Source: Eledone cirrhosa
Taxonomy: Eukaryota
DNA length: 64,000 bases
Reading direction: 5' to 3'
NCBI GenBank assembly: GCA_964016885.1
Contig: OZ024745.1
Location: 104,904,001 to 104,968,000, forward strand
Part shown: positions 24,691 to 38,239 of the stretch, piece after piece
Numbering within the stretch: position 1 is the first letter of the stretch
How the letters are laid out: each line of letters starts with the position of its first letter
Position numbers and translations under genes: made by a program
Notes under the pieces: model-generated
Told to the model about the DNA's origin: nothing
Seen by the model: the letters and a program-made list of their open reading frames with translations, nothing else
The model's database searches: none

Positions 24691-26678
24691 GTTGTTTATT
24701 TGTTGATAAAGGCAATAACGAAATTACCTGGGTAGTTAAATTCACAAGGTACTAAAAGTGATAGACATAACTCACAGTTGACTTACAGAAGGAAATGTAC
24801 CTTCAGAGCTAGGTTAGAATATTGTGGAATTTTAGCTACATGTGTGCATCAAACACCTACCTTTAGTTTAACCAGTATGATATGAAGCAAACCATAGTAA
24901 TATACTTTAATAATATATCTGGTCATACATATAAATGTTTCTACTTCAGAAATGTGCTTTAACTTCAATCACAACATAAACACTTATAAAAATGTACAGC
25001 CAGATACATTCACACATGCTGCAATTGAGTATTTTAATAGCAGCTTTTCATTAAGACATCTTTCATCTAAATAAAAATAAATGTATCACTTGTTACTTTT
25101 GATTTTTATATTAACAATTTTTTAAAAAATATATTTTCTTGGCAATTGAAAACTGAAAAAGCCAATGTCATAAATCTGTTGCTAACTTTTCAAGTGTCAA
25201 TTCACTTTACAAATACTTTGTTGGATACTAGTTTACCAACAGAAAGTGAGTATATTTTTCTTTTTAGGCAGATATTTGAAATTGTATCAAAGTGAATTGG
25301 CAGCAAGGTTTCCCGTCTGTTAAGCTTTTTCTAGTTTATCTCTCTGTTTTTGTGTTAGTGTAGAAATGTCATATGCTCTTTATAGAGATGCACATCTCTT
25401 TAATTTTAATAGGAAAATATCCTTAAAGTTTTGATTTGTAAAACTAAATAAAGCTTAACTGAAACGATCTTTATTAATTTACATATATCATTCCTCCATA
25501 GAAACTCAGTGGGTAATAAGTGTTGGTGAGATTGTGAGCAGTACTAAATACATACACGAAGAAGAAATGTTGATAAAGTTGAAATATGTAACATATGACA
25601 TTCAGAAATCAACATCCACCTTGAGATATCAGCTAAACACTTTGCTGCACTTAATGATACATTTTAAACACTTTTAGAGTACAATACACTACACAAATTT
25701 GAACAGTTGGTAATTTGCTAAGAATTATTAGGATTAACTTAGATATGAACTTAAGAAAATTCTGCAATTGTAAATCTTTTGAAACTCTTTGTGGAAGATT
25801 TGCTGTCAGAATAGATGAGGCAATAATCAGAGCTTTATAAGAGAAAATTACATTTACATACATTTCTTAACAATAGCCTTATTGGACAATTCAGTCTGAA
25901 AGAGAAGTTCTATGAACCTCAATCAATTATTTACAGCATTTTCAAAGAAGCATGTAACAGAAATACATAAACTTGAATATCAATGTACTATTCAAGTACA
26001 CACACACACGAGTTGAGTCTTGAATGTTTATATTATATGAGATTATTCTAACTGCAACCACAGAAAGTTCTAGTTAGTGGTTGCTGAGTACAAGAAACTA
26101 TTATCCAGTCTGTATGGCTTGGTATCAGATATGGTGAGAGTATGAACAGGTGTGAAGACAGCTACTTATTTCTTGAGATATATTTTTGTTCATTACAAGT
26201 TTTCTTAGATGCTTTAACTTTATCAACTGCAAAGATCTTGATAGCTTTTCTTTTGGTTGAGTTGTATTGGCTCAGGGTACAATGTCAAGAGTCCATTCCT
26301 GATCAAAGACATATTCTATAAATTTATGGTATTAACAGACTGAGAACATGTACATGAGTTTAAAATCTATTGTAATTACACTCGTTTTTTAGAGGTCAAT
26401 TCTGATTGAGCAGATTTATGATCAAAAGTTTCCCAACCTTGACTATTCCATGTTTTTCTCAGGCATGGTGCCCTAGGATCACATTGTCTAATATTTTCTT
26501 TTTTTCATGATGGTGGAGTTTTATTTGAGGAAGATTTAGCTGCAATCACTGGTAGATTGAATGACTGTATAGGGCAATGGTTTCTCAAACACTTTTGATC
26601 CACAACCCATTGAATAAGACACTAAAATGCTTACAAGATACCATCATCTTTGTAGAAGTTTTATTATATATATATATA

Positions 26679-27013
26679 TCATCATCATCATCATCATCAT
26701 CATCTTCGTTTAACGTCCATTTTCCACGCTAGCATGGGTTAGACGGGAGTTGATATATATATATATATAAAACTACTCACAGTCCACGCTTTAATGTGGT
26801 CGTGTAGGTAACACGGTAAAAAGTTTCCAGTTCCACACTGTAAATGTGGTTGGTGTTAGGAAGGGCATCCAGCCATAGAAAGCCTGCCAGATAGTCCTAT
26901 ACGAGCGAGACACGATCATCCAACCAACCTTGCTTCAAGTGGCACAACTCCCGTCTAACCCATGCTAGCGGGGAAGATGGACGTTAAACGATGATGATGA
27001 TGATGATGATGAT
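26679..27013. mobile_element. Head-to-head pair of RTE 3' ends within (TA)n
   Basis: A minus copy at 26679-26752 and a plus copy at about 26775-27013, each with the terminal hairpin and (GAT)n, separated and flanked by (TA)n. Confidence 0.85.
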
Positions 27014-27308
27014 ATATATATATATATATAACACGCATCAAAATGTTTTTAAAGCAAAGGTATACACATGTACCAGTGCAATTCATTACACAGTTTTCTA
27101 TCCTGGCATTTTCTTATAAGCCTCAGAAACTCCCAGCATGCCTGTAGTTCATATATGACACAAAAGGGTGCAATGCTACAGTGGTTGAAAATGTTGGACA
27201 TAATGGTTTTATTATTGTACTTCTGTTCCTGCTTCACTTTACTTAGGAGAACATATGTGACTCTCTCTCTAAAACAATTTCATTTGAGGAAGGATAATCT
27301 GCTATAGG

Positions 27309-27590
27309 TAGAGGCATGTGGCCTAGTGGTAAGGGTGTTGGACTTACGATCATAAAGTCATGGGTTTGATTCCTGGGTTGCGTGTTGTGTTCTTGAGCAA
27401 AACACTTCATTTCACATTTCTCCAGTATACTCAGCTGAAAATGAGTACCAGCAATAGCTGGGGGGGTTAACCCTATAATGGACTGGCATCCTGTCCAGGG
27501 GAGAAGTCTTGTACTCTCAGTCGCTTCACGCCATGAAACCAGGATAGGCACCGGCCAAATGACCCTTCTGGCTTAAGACAGACTCTGGAC
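27309..27590 (+). mobile_element. tRNA-derived CORE-type SINE (family B)
   Basis: Box A TGGCCTAGTGG, box B GGTTTGATTCC, CORE-like GTGTTCTTGAGCAAAACACTT...CTCAGCTGAAAATGAG. Relatives at 29875-30105 (-), 35705-35845 (-) and 51034-51180 (+). Confidence 0.8.
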
Positions 27591-29124
27591 TTTAGAATCT
27601 GCTATAGGGCATTGTTGATCTTTGAAAACAAAGAAAGATCAAGGAATATGTATTTGTGTACGTGTTCTTAAGTATCATCATTATCATCGTTTAACATCCA
27701 TCTTCCATGCTAGCATAGGTAGGATTAGTATATATGTAAATATGTGTGTGAATGAGTGAGTGAATAAAAGTGCTATGTTAGGTACACATTTTCATGCAGT
27801 GTGAATGGATGCTACACGGTGAACAAAGAGTGTCATAAGTTTCTGGGTGGAGTGTACTCAAGAAAGATGTGGAAAGAATGGGTGAGGTCATATCTGACAA
27901 ATGAGGAAAGAGAGATGGAATAGGATTGTTGGTGAAAAATGGCTTTTTATAAACTTGTCTGGTACATACCAATATATGATAATAATATTAATGATATTGT
28001 TGTTGATGATGATGATGATGATGATGATAACAGTTGTTGTGATGATAGTGGTGATAATGGTGATGACAAGGATGATGATGAAAGTTAATAATGATGGTGG
28101 TGATGAGGGTGTACTACCACTTCCACTTAATGTATGCCCATATCAATGTATTTATGTATGAATGAATTTGAAACTTGTGGAGTCCTGGGAGTGACTTTTT
28201 CAACCTAGGAGAGCCCATCCCTCTCCAGGTCTGAACACAGCCAATTTATTCCAGAGAAGGAGAGAGAGTGAGTGTGTGTGTGTGTGTGTGTAAGTGGGAA
28301 AGAGATATAGCGGAAGAATTGATTCCAGTACTGGACTAGTGTTGTTTTTATTAACCTCAAATGGATAAAAAGCAAAGTTGACCTTGGCAAGATTTGAATT
28401 TGGCGTGCAAAGAAACAGAACAAATACTGTAACACATTCTGTCTGACATTCTAAAAAGTCTGCCCATTTGCCACCTTACGCATATCAATGTAGCCACTTC
28501 TGATTTTTCATATACTTTCAATAGCATAACATTTATATAAATTCATAGAAACACCAAACTTTATTGCTATTTACTTCCTTCAGTAGAAAAGCCAGGTGCT
28601 TGATACATGCTTCAGAAGTGTGAAGGAGGGTTGTGGGAAGCCACAGAACTCTTTGTGGCGGTCAAAGAGGAAATTATTATATAGGTTTCTTTGGAAATAT
28701 AAGCTGAGTGTAAGATTGATGCTGGACAATGTTTAGGCCGACGATGGCTGCTGTTTGAGAGAAAATAATTAGTGTGAAATGTGATTCGTATAGAAAATTT
28801 CATATGAGATGGTGGCTGACAACAACAACAGCAGCAGCAGTAGTGTTAGTAGTAGTAGTAGTGGCGGTGATGATCATTGTCATCATTGTCATGGTGTTAG
28901 TAGTAGTAGTAGTAGTAGTGGTGCGTTGGTAAAATATTAGAAGTCATAATAGTAGTAGTAATAGCTGCAACAGCAGCTGTAGTAGTGTAGTAATAGTAGC
29001 AGGTGTAAGATAAACTATTTAGTAATCAGATGTGATTTAAAGAGAGTTGAGAATATTGTGGAAGAATGGGATAGATCAGAGCTTTAAAATAGTGAAGCAG
29101 ATGTAAAACATTGACAAGTATGAT

Positions 29125-29820
29125 AATGGTTTCTTATGTAGGCACAAGGCCAGCAATTTTGGGGGGGGAGGGAAAAGTCAATGAAATCGACCCCAGTGTG
29201 TGACTGGTACTTTATTTTATCGACCCCCGTAAGGATGAAAGGCAAAGTTAACCTCGGCGGGATTTGAACTCAGATCATAAAGGGCCGTAACTCTATGCGA
29301 CAAAGCACGGCGTCCGACCCTCTACCGATACTGCCAATCCACCGCAATGCCTATGAGGAGGAAGAGAATATATGTAGATGTATTTATAGAAACATAAATA
29401 ATTGTTTCTACTTTAGACACAAGGCCAGCAATTTTTTCTTTTTGGTGGTGGTGGTGGTGGGGGGGATCGATTAAATCGACCCCAGTGCATTACCTGTGCT
29501 TTATTTTATCGACTCTGTAAGGATGAAAGGCAAAGCTAACCTCGGCATAATTTTAACTCAGAACGTAAAAGGCTGTAACTCTATGCCATGAAACAGGGTG
29601 TCTGACACTCTACCGATACTACCAAAAATAATTGTTTCTACTTTTGGCACAAGGCCAGCAATTACTTCAGTGCATTACTGGTACTTTATTTTATCAACCC
29701 CGTAAGGATGAAAGGCAAAGTTAACCTCGGCGGTATTTGAACTCAGAACGTAAAGGGCCATAACTTTATGCTGCAAAGCATGGTGTCTGACGCTCTACCT
29801 ATACTGCCAATCCACTGCCA
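29125..29820 (-). mobile_element. Three tandem SINE A copies
   Basis: Three reverse-complement copies of the family A consensus. Two carry an extra GGGTCGATTT..poly(C) segment. Confidence 0.85.
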
Positions 29821-30874
29821 ATAATGCAGTTAAAACAGTTAAAACAGTTAAAACAGTTAATGACTGTATAAAGCCCAGAGGTTCTTCAGACTAGTGCTTA
29901 TCCTGGTTTCATCAGTATTAAGTAACTGAGAGTATATGACTTCCCCCTGGATAGGATACCAGTTTATTACAAGGTTAACCATTAGCTGTGGCTAGTATTC
30001 ATTTTCAGCTGAGTGTACCTGAGCAATGTGAAATGAAGTGGTTTAGGAATCAAACTCCTGACATTATGAACATAAGTCCAACACCCTAACCACTAGGCCA
30101 TGTGTACACACACGTGCACACACACATACATTTAGACTGTTTACCTTGTAGCTACAAGTGTAATTCATTCCAAAATCTCATTTATTACTACAAAAATGTG
30201 TTGCCAAATCAATTAAAAGATATGTATTTAGATACAATTCATCTTAAAAGCTCAACCAAGACTGAAAGTCTACACGCAAAGCATCCCTTTAAACAGCAGT
30301 GAAACACAAATAATCAATAAAAAGTAAAGTTATATAGTAAAACAATTCAATAAATAACAAGAATATTTGAGCAGAAACAAAAACAAAAAATTAATAAATA
30401 AAAAAATTCACACCTCATTTCAAATATCTCTTTTAAATGAAGATACAAAAGTTAACGAACATTAAAATAAAACATTACAGGTGTTATTATACAACAAATT
30501 ACATAAATAATCTGTAAAATGAAAGAAAGATTAATTAAATTTAAAAGAGAAAAACGAATTAAAAATTTAATGAACAAAATAAATATAAATTAACAATTGA
30601 AAAATCACACAATTTCTCATTAGAGATTGGTAGGTTGTTCAGACAAGGTGAAGGACAGTAGGATGGTGGTAGGGTGGGAGTAAATGGTTCTGGAAGATAA
30701 CAGAAATTATCTTTCCTATGCTTCATAGAACTCCTTTCTTATGTAAGATGGTCACCTGGATATTCTGCTACTGAAAATGAGAAAACAGAAGTAGCTTCTT
30801 GGGTCTCCTTTATTAAAGAAAATATTCATTGGCTTTTGTCCAAATAATTTGCTTACTTCCTTTATGATGTAGAT

Positions 30875-31166
30875 CAGTCATGGGCAACCTGCAGTCCATG
30901 AAGCTTTCTGAATGGCTCGCCTAAGTCACCTAAGTGAAATCTTTCTGTTTTTTTTACCCCAACTTTTCAGCCGTAATTTATCTTTCTATCATTTTTACAA
31001 TCGAGGAAAACAACGTGTATGAATTCTGAAGAAACAAATCAAAACAACCTGAATTACCGCCCATTTTTTTTAATGTGGGCACAAATGTCGATTAGCACTT
31101 GCGGCACACCTGATGAGGAGCCATATCTCATGCAGCCTGCCTCTCAAAAAAGGTTGTCCATGCCTG
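30875..31166. mobile_element. hAT (Charlie-like) MITE
   Basis: TIRs CAGTCATGGGCAACCT / AGGTTGTCCATGCCTG; TSD ATGTAGAT / ATGTAGAC (7 of 8). Confidence 0.85.
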
Positions 31167-31453
31167 ATGTAGACCCTCCACTTTCTGATCTGGAAGTTTC
31201 ACCATGCTTTACAACACTAAATACTTGAACATTTTTTTTTTTTAATATTCAAACCCACCTAATCTAGCTTTAAATCACTATCTGCTCAGGTATTTGGATC
31301 ATCCTTCTGAAGCTACTCATAAAGAGACTTAGAATTTTAACAAAATAAATGCTTTTGTCACTGAATCACCAGCTTATTGATTTTTTTGGAGTTGTACTAA
31401 GAGATTTTCCATTTCATTGGTGTACTAGTCACAAGTATTATTAATCCTTTAGC

Positions 31454-31637
31454 GGTGGATTGGCAGTATCGGTAGAGGGTCGGACGCCATGCTTTGATGC
31501 ATAGAGTTACGGCCCTTGCCATTCTGAGTTCAAATCCCGCCGAGGTTAACTTTGCCTTTCATCCTTACGGGGTCGATAAAATAAAGTACCAATAATACAC
31601 TGGGTAATTGCTGGCCTTGTGTCAAAAAGTAGAAACA
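31454..31637 (+). mobile_element. Young full-length SINE A inserted in a MITE terminus
   Basis: Perfect 17-bp TSD ATTATTAATCCTTTAGC (31437-31453 and 31638-31654). Confidence 0.92.
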
Positions 31638-31645
31638 ATTATTAA

Positions 31646-31853
31646 TCCTTTAGCATTTAAACTGGCTGTATCTGGCCAGAATTCTCTCACCTCTCTCTGT
31701 TCAAACTGGCTGTATCTGGCCACGCATACTAATGTTAAGGTATTGTTCTCAAAATAAATGATATCAAAATCTCGTAGATTCGATATTATGTGAGATAAAC
31801 TGTTTACCATGAAAATACAGTAGTATATATAGAGTAATGTAAATGCTAAAGGG
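31646..31853. mobile_element. piggyBac-type MITE, longer copy
   Basis: TTAA-TCCTTTAGCATTTA...TAAATGCTAAAGGG-TTAA; internal sequence homologous to 4891-5012. Confidence 0.85.
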
Positions 31854-32179
31854 TTAAGCCAGTATTTACCTTTAGTCACCAATGCACTTTGTAGCTCATC
31901 CATTATTTTTTTTTTTCAAGATGGTACAGATTATAGATTTGATCAATCCATACTCTACATTAAGATTACTAAAATTGATGCTACTTCTTCCCATAGAAAT
32001 TATCTTTTTTTTTTATTGTTTTCAGTATTGTGAATATTTTTTTTTATTTAAAAACATATATATATATCTCAACACTAATTAAAAAAAAATATTCTCTGGA
32101 AAATATTCCAGTGGTTCTGGCTGAAATGAAATAATGACAACAAGCAAACAGCCACAGGAAACAAGTACCACCAATCTCT

Positions 32180-33094
32180 GGGAGGGCCCTGTAGAAACAG
32201 TAGACAGCTTCTGCTACCTAGGTGACCGAATTAGCAACGGAGGTGGGTGCTCAGAAAGTACAATAACTAGGGTAAGAACGGGATGGAAGAAGTTTAGGGA
32301 ACTACTACCACTGCTAGCTGCAAAAGGCTTCTCCCTCAGAATGAAAGGCAGACTGTATGATGCGTGTATCCGAACAGCGATGTTGCATGGTAGTGAGACC
32401 TGGGCGCTGAAGGTGGAAGACTTACGTAGATTAGAGAGAAACGAAGCCTGCATGCTCCGATGGATGTGTAACAGTAATATACGTGAACGACAAAGCATAA
32501 ATGAATTGAGAGAGAGACTGAGCATAAGAGGAATCAAATGCTGCGTGCAGGAGAGGCGGTTACGCTGGTATGGACATGTGATGCGTATGAAGGATGACAG
32601 CTGCATAAAAAGGTGCAGAGCACTAGAAGTTGATGGAAACCGCGGAGTGGGGAGACCCAAGATGACTTGGGATGAGGTGATAAAAGCCGACCTTACCCAA
32701 CTACACCTCTCAAAGTCAATGACACACGACCGTGACTTCTGGCGTCACGCAGTAATACAGGGTACCCGACCTCCCATGGGTACATGCTGAAGCATATAAA
32801 CAATATGCCCCCCCCCCCCCACCGCAAGGTGGTCGTGGAGGTGCCACGGCAAAAAAGCACCCAGCCCACACTGTAAAGTGGACGTGTAGGCGCCACGAAA
32901 AAGCACCCAGCACTCACTGTAAATGAGGTTGGTGTTAGGAAGGGCATCCAGCTGTAGAAATCAAGCCAGATCAGTTCCTGTATGAGCAAGGCATGGTCAG
33001 CCGACCAGACACTGCCCACAACAGGACAACCCGTCTAACCCATGCTAGCGTGGAAGAACGGACGTAAAACGGTGATGATGATGATGATGATGAT
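32180..33094 (+). mobile_element. 5'-truncated young RTE LINE (open C-terminal frame to 32790)
   Basis: [34 protein letters not shown], 3' UTR with terminal hairpin and (GAT)n. An older RTE tail follows at 33095-33388. Confidence 0.93.
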
Positions 33095-33681
33095 TTCTTG
33101 TACTGCTGCCATAACAAAATGCACCTAGTACACTCTGTAAAGTGTTAGTTTTGGTAACATGATATAATAAACTCTGTTCATTCACTAAAGTGGTAGTGTT
33201 GGTGCCATGAAAAATGCACCTAGTACATTTCGTAAGGTGGTTGTTGTAAGGAAGGGCATCCAGCCTTAGAAGCCATGTCAAATATAGAACGTAATGAACA
33301 AGATTAGTACTCCAGCTTGTCTGGTCTTGAACTGTGGCAACACATCAAATCCATGCTAGGGTGGAAAGAGGATGTAAAATGATGATGAGTTCTTTACGGT
33401 TGCACTGCACCTTTGGCAAATAAATCTCTACTAATAGCCTTAGGCTTACTGCTATAGCTTTAGTTTTACTCACACCTGTGAGTGGAATTTGGTAGGTGGA
33501 AACTGTGCTGAAGCTTGTCATATTAATTAGATTTGGTTTTCATGTCTCAATTTTCAATATGTCTAATGTCTGAAACAGATCCAATCACGCTAGTTAAACC
33601 ACATATGTATCACCTGTAAGGTGATCATTAACTTATATTTATATATATTTGTAGGTGTACATGTGTGTGTGTGTGTGTATA

Positions 33682-33722
<41 letters not shown>

Positions 33723-33724
33723 TG

Positions 33725-33764
<40 letters not shown>

Positions 33765-33775
33765 TATATATATAT

Positions 33776-33898
33776 GTAAATGAGGTTGGTGTTAGGAAGG
33801 GCATCCAGCTGTAGAAATCAAGCCAGAATCAGTTCCTGTCCCACCCTTGCAAGCAGGGAGAAGCGGACGTAAAATGAAATGATGATGATGATGATGAT
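33776..33898 (+). mobile_element. Short RTE 3'-end variant (CCTTGCAAGCAGGG hairpin subfamily)
   Basis: Same subfamily as 50042-50194 and 51203-51370; embedded in (TA)n. Confidence 0.8.
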
Positions 33899-34029
33899 AT
33901 ATATATATATACATATATATGTGTGTGTTTGTGTGTCTGTATGTGTGAGTGTGTGTTGTGTACAAAACTGTGCCAACAAAATTCCAGTCTTGAATTAAAC
34001 AATTCATTTTCTATTCGTTTGATTCACAG

Positions 34030-34160
34030 AAAATCAATCATTTCCCAGGAATGAACGAAATTTGCCGCAAAGATCTTCTGGCACGCAATATGACTCGAAT
34101 GCGGAAGCTGTTCCCCAAAGATTATGATATATTTCCTAAAACCTGGTGCCTTCCTGCAGA
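34030..34160 (+). CDS. TTLL6: Internal coding exon of TTLL6/TTLL13-like polyglutamylase (KINHFPGMNEICRKDLLARNMTRMRKLFPKDYDIFPKTWCLPA)
   Basis: CAG acceptor ending at 34029 and GTAAGT donor at 34161; 131 bp, phase 0 to 2. Joins the previous exon as YQ|KINHFPG, a hallmark TTL-family motif. Not in the ORF track. Confidence 0.95.
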
Positions 34161-34243
34161 GTAAGTTGGAACTGGAATTTTATTGTTTACTGATTTTGAA
34201 TCGGAAATTGCCCATTATTTTTTGACATATAGTACACCTTAGC

Positions 34244-34342
34244 TCACACACACTCATTCACACACACACACGCATACATGCACGCATGCACACACACACA
34301 CACACTCCCTCTCTCTCTCTCTCTCTCGCTCACATGTACACA

Positions 34343-34375
<33 letters not shown>

Positions 34376-34710
34376 GTACACAGGCACACACACATGCACA
34401 CACATGTACACAGGCACACACACATGCAAACACACACACTCACACATGAACAAACACACACACACATGCGCGCACACACATGAACACACACACACACATG
34501 CATACACTCACATGAACACACATGCACACTCACATAAACACACGCACACACACATATGTACACATGCGCACACACACACACACCCATGAACACATACACA
34601 CATACACATAAACATGAACACACACATGCATACACTCACAGATACATGAACACACACTCATGTGCACACACATGCACACACACACGTACACACATATGCA
34701 CATGTGCATA
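34244..34710. repeat. Imperfect (CA)n/(CT)n microsatellite
   Basis: Direct inspection. Confidence 0.95.
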
Positions 34711-34724
34711 GGTTATGTGGGTGA

Positions 34725-35020
34725 GTGTTCCAGTTATTTAATCAATTGAGCAGCCTGCTCATGAAATTGATGTGCAAGTGGCTGAGCATACCAAAGACAC
34801 ATGTAGCTTTAATGTAGTTCTCAGGGAGATTCAGCTTGATGCAGTGTGTAATAAAATTTACCCTTTGAATCGCTGTTATAATTCATTTTTTCCAGCTGAG
34901 TGGACTGGGGCAATGTGAAATAAAGTGTCTTGCTCAAGGACACAATGCCTCCCCAGTGTGACTCAACCTCAATTACCTAACATCTGTGAGCCAAACACCC
35001 TAACCTTCAGGGCATTTCCA
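34725..35020 (-). mobile_element. CORE-type SINE with alternative 3' tail
   Basis: The reverse complement shares the CORE block and the tail GCTCAGCCACTTGCACA..AATTTCATGA.CAGGCTG with 59985-60292 (+). Confidence 0.75.
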
Positions 35021-36977
35021 TTCATAATACTCACATACATACACAGTTACACGCACACACTTACATGTGCGCGCGCACACACACATGCACATACACTCAC
35101 CCTCATATATATACATACCCAATCAAATATACGGGAGCTCACACACAAATATGTATGTAGAACAATGTAACTGAAGGGTTTAAATAGTAAGAAGGAGCAT
35201 TTCTCAGGGCCGTTATAGACCCTACCAAGACTGCTGATATCAACATCAGTAGGGAAAATGTAGTTGAAAGAGAATTTTGAAGGGTTCGTTCGCATTCTGG
35301 GTAAAAAGGATCAAGGCAAGTGGTTGGTGTGGTGCCTGGGTGTGAACAAGAGACAGTATGGGGGATTAGAGGTGTAGATTACATAGAGTGGCACAAATTT
35401 GGCTACTTCCTATTTCTTTCCCTTTTGCATAATTTTATTTAAAGAGTTTCTGTAAACAAACTCCAAACACTCCAGGACCTGAAGAATGATATTCAACAAT
35501 AAACTAGAGCATTGAAGCTAGATACATTGATTTCTAATTTAGGCTGAAAACCAGCAAATTTGGGGAAGAGCAAACATGATTAAATCAACCCAAGCAATTT
35601 TCTGGTACTTTATCTTATTGACCCTCGAAGGCTGAAAGGCAAAGTTGACTTTGGCAAGATTACAATTCAGAATGTAAAGAAAAAGAAATGTTTGAAATCT
35701 GTCTCAAGCCCAGAGGCTCATCAGGCGAGTGCTTATCCCAGTTTCTATGGCACGAAGTGACCAAGAATACAATACTCCCCTTGGACAGGACGCCAGTCCA
35801 TCGCAGGGTTAAACTCCCAGTTATTGCTGGTACTTATTTTACTGGAATGTAAAGAGCTAGAAGAAATGCTGCAATAGCATTTTTTTCTTACGCTCTACTA
35901 ATTCTGCCAATCCACCACATACAATACTAGTTATCATGGAATGCTGCATAGGAAGGCCCAATTCTGTGAAGATAAACGTGGAAGGCATTTTCTGGTTGTT
36001 ATATTTCACAATTTCTTCAAATTGATTTCCAAGATTCAAATTAATTATACCTAAAGGGGAAATTTCATTACACTTTTATTGAAAATGTTATTTAGATTTT
36101 AAAACGGAAAGTGACTTTGTGCTGCCCTATGTTGGCAATAGAATATTGGAAGAGTACAGACACAGTGCATCTGTGGTCCAGGCATTGCAAACACTTGCAC
36201 AGATATACACATATTTGCAACTGTGTACATGCTCCTACCACCACCACCACCACCACCACCACCACCACCACCACTACATTTCATTGAATAGAGCTAAAAA
36301 GCAGAATGTGAATATTCAATGGAAATAAAACCGCAGAACTGTTTATATATGCATACACTAACATGCAAAACCATACACATATACACACACATACATGCAT
36401 GTACACATGTACATAAGTGCATACAAGCATGTACATATACACATACAAGCATATTTGCTAAAAATTATATAAACACTCAGATGCACAAGCACACACACTG
36501 GCTCACTTGCACATGAACATACATACACACACACACATAAACACACACATACACACACACACATGTACCTACAAAGTAATGAGATAGACTTTACACTGTT
36601 ACTTGACCTACTAAAAATAGCAGTCAAATTTTCCTCACTTCACTTATACAATGCAGTCATAGAAATACAAAAAGAGGTGATGGTCACGGCTGGAATATTT
36701 TTTGATCATAAATGCCCTGGGACTAATCAACAACAAGAACCACTATCAGTCTTTTCCTTCCGTTTCCCTGACAACTGTCCATGGAAGTATCCCAAGATAA
36801 CCTAACTGATTTGAAAGTGTTATGAGAAAAGGTTTGATATGCCTACCACTTGGTGTTCAAAAACTGCCAACTAACCATTTGTCAACAATAATACAATATT
36901 AGCCAGGAGGAAAATGCAGTTGTCCTGACAAATAAACTCATGCTCATTTACCCTCCTTCACGTTCGTTCCTTAAATG

Positions 36978-37145
36978 CTTCTTCTTCTTCTTCTTCTTCT
37001 TCTTCTTCTTCTTCTTCTTCTTTTTCTTCTTTTTCTTCTTTTTCTTCTTTTTTCTTCTTCTTCTTCTTCTTCTTCTTCTTTTTCTTTTTCTTCTTCTTCT
37101 TCTTCTTCTTCTTCTTCTTCTTCTTCTTCTTCTTCTTCTTCTTCT
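36978..37145. repeat. (CTT)n microsatellite
   Basis: Direct inspection; about 56 triplets with a few TTT interruptions. Confidence 0.97.
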
Positions 37146-37249
37146 TTGCTCACTTATTCTAGGGAGGGTCAGGGCAGAGTCCTCAGATGCCTTCCTGAAA
37201 GTCCTATAATCCTGAGAGTCCTTAATAGTCTAGTTTAGTCCCAAAGCAA

Positions 37250-38040
37250 GACCTAGTGAATATCATCCAACCATCTTGGTCTTGGTTTACCTGGTGGTTG
37301 GTTTTACCCATAAAGTCTATCCAGCGATTTTTCCTTAGACATTCTAACCACATGTCCATAGTACTTGAGTTGAGACCTCTTGATTCAAAGAAGTATTAGC
37401 TCTACTGTGAGTGACTCCCTAATCTTCAAGCAATGTACCCTATCAATTAACATTACTCCAAAGACCCTCGGAGGAAACCCATTTTGACCAATTGTATTTG
37501 TGATCATATTCTTTTGGTTATTACCCAAGATTCCTGACCATATATAAGGGTAGGCATTGAATGAAGTGTTTGGCTTTTATACCTACTTCCCTTCTTTTGA
37601 TGACTGAGTGCTAAACCAACTCCAGCAACTTTTGCATTTAATTCAGAATCCTGCCTTCCATCATTTGTGAAAATGGTCCCAAGATTCTTGAACTTCTTCA
37701 CTTGCTTCAGTGGAACTCCACTGATATGCACAATGCACTAAGCAGGTTTTCTTGAGAGGATCATCATCATCATCATCATTTTACATCTTAATTGGATGAG
37801 TGTCTCAATTCTCAAAGCACTGATTTTCATTCCTGTCATGCAACACACTTAGCAGCAAACCTATCCAGTGCATGTCAGAGATAACCTTCTGATGAAGTAC
37901 CATGTCTTCCACAAATTCAAACTGATTGATCCAATATCTGCTGGTTTTGATACCATTTCCAACCTGGCTACATATGCCAATCCCGTTCATTAAGACTATT
38001 AACAGGAAGGTGACAATATGCACCTTTGGTGCAGTCTGAC
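37250..38040 (-). mobile_element. Old fragmented RTE-like LINE
   Basis: VKKFKNLG, PTLIYGQESW and GKPRPRWLD remnants with frameshifts. Confidence 0.65.
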
Positions 38041-38239
38041 ATTCACATTGAACGGGTTTGACTTAACACCATTTATCTAAATACAAATATTTTCTGGTTG
38101 TTTCGTATCAAAAGGATTAAGAAGTAAAGAGTATCTAACCAAAAGAGAAGCTGAGAGCAAAATGCTTTATAATGTTCTAAAAATGCAAAGCATTCTATCC
38201 AATGATCTAATAATTCTGATAGTTTTCTGACTTAGCATT

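Noticed and set aside
27309-31540. tRNA genes at box A/box B motifs
   Set aside because: These are SINE heads followed by SINE bodies, with no complete cloverleaf or oligo-T terminator.
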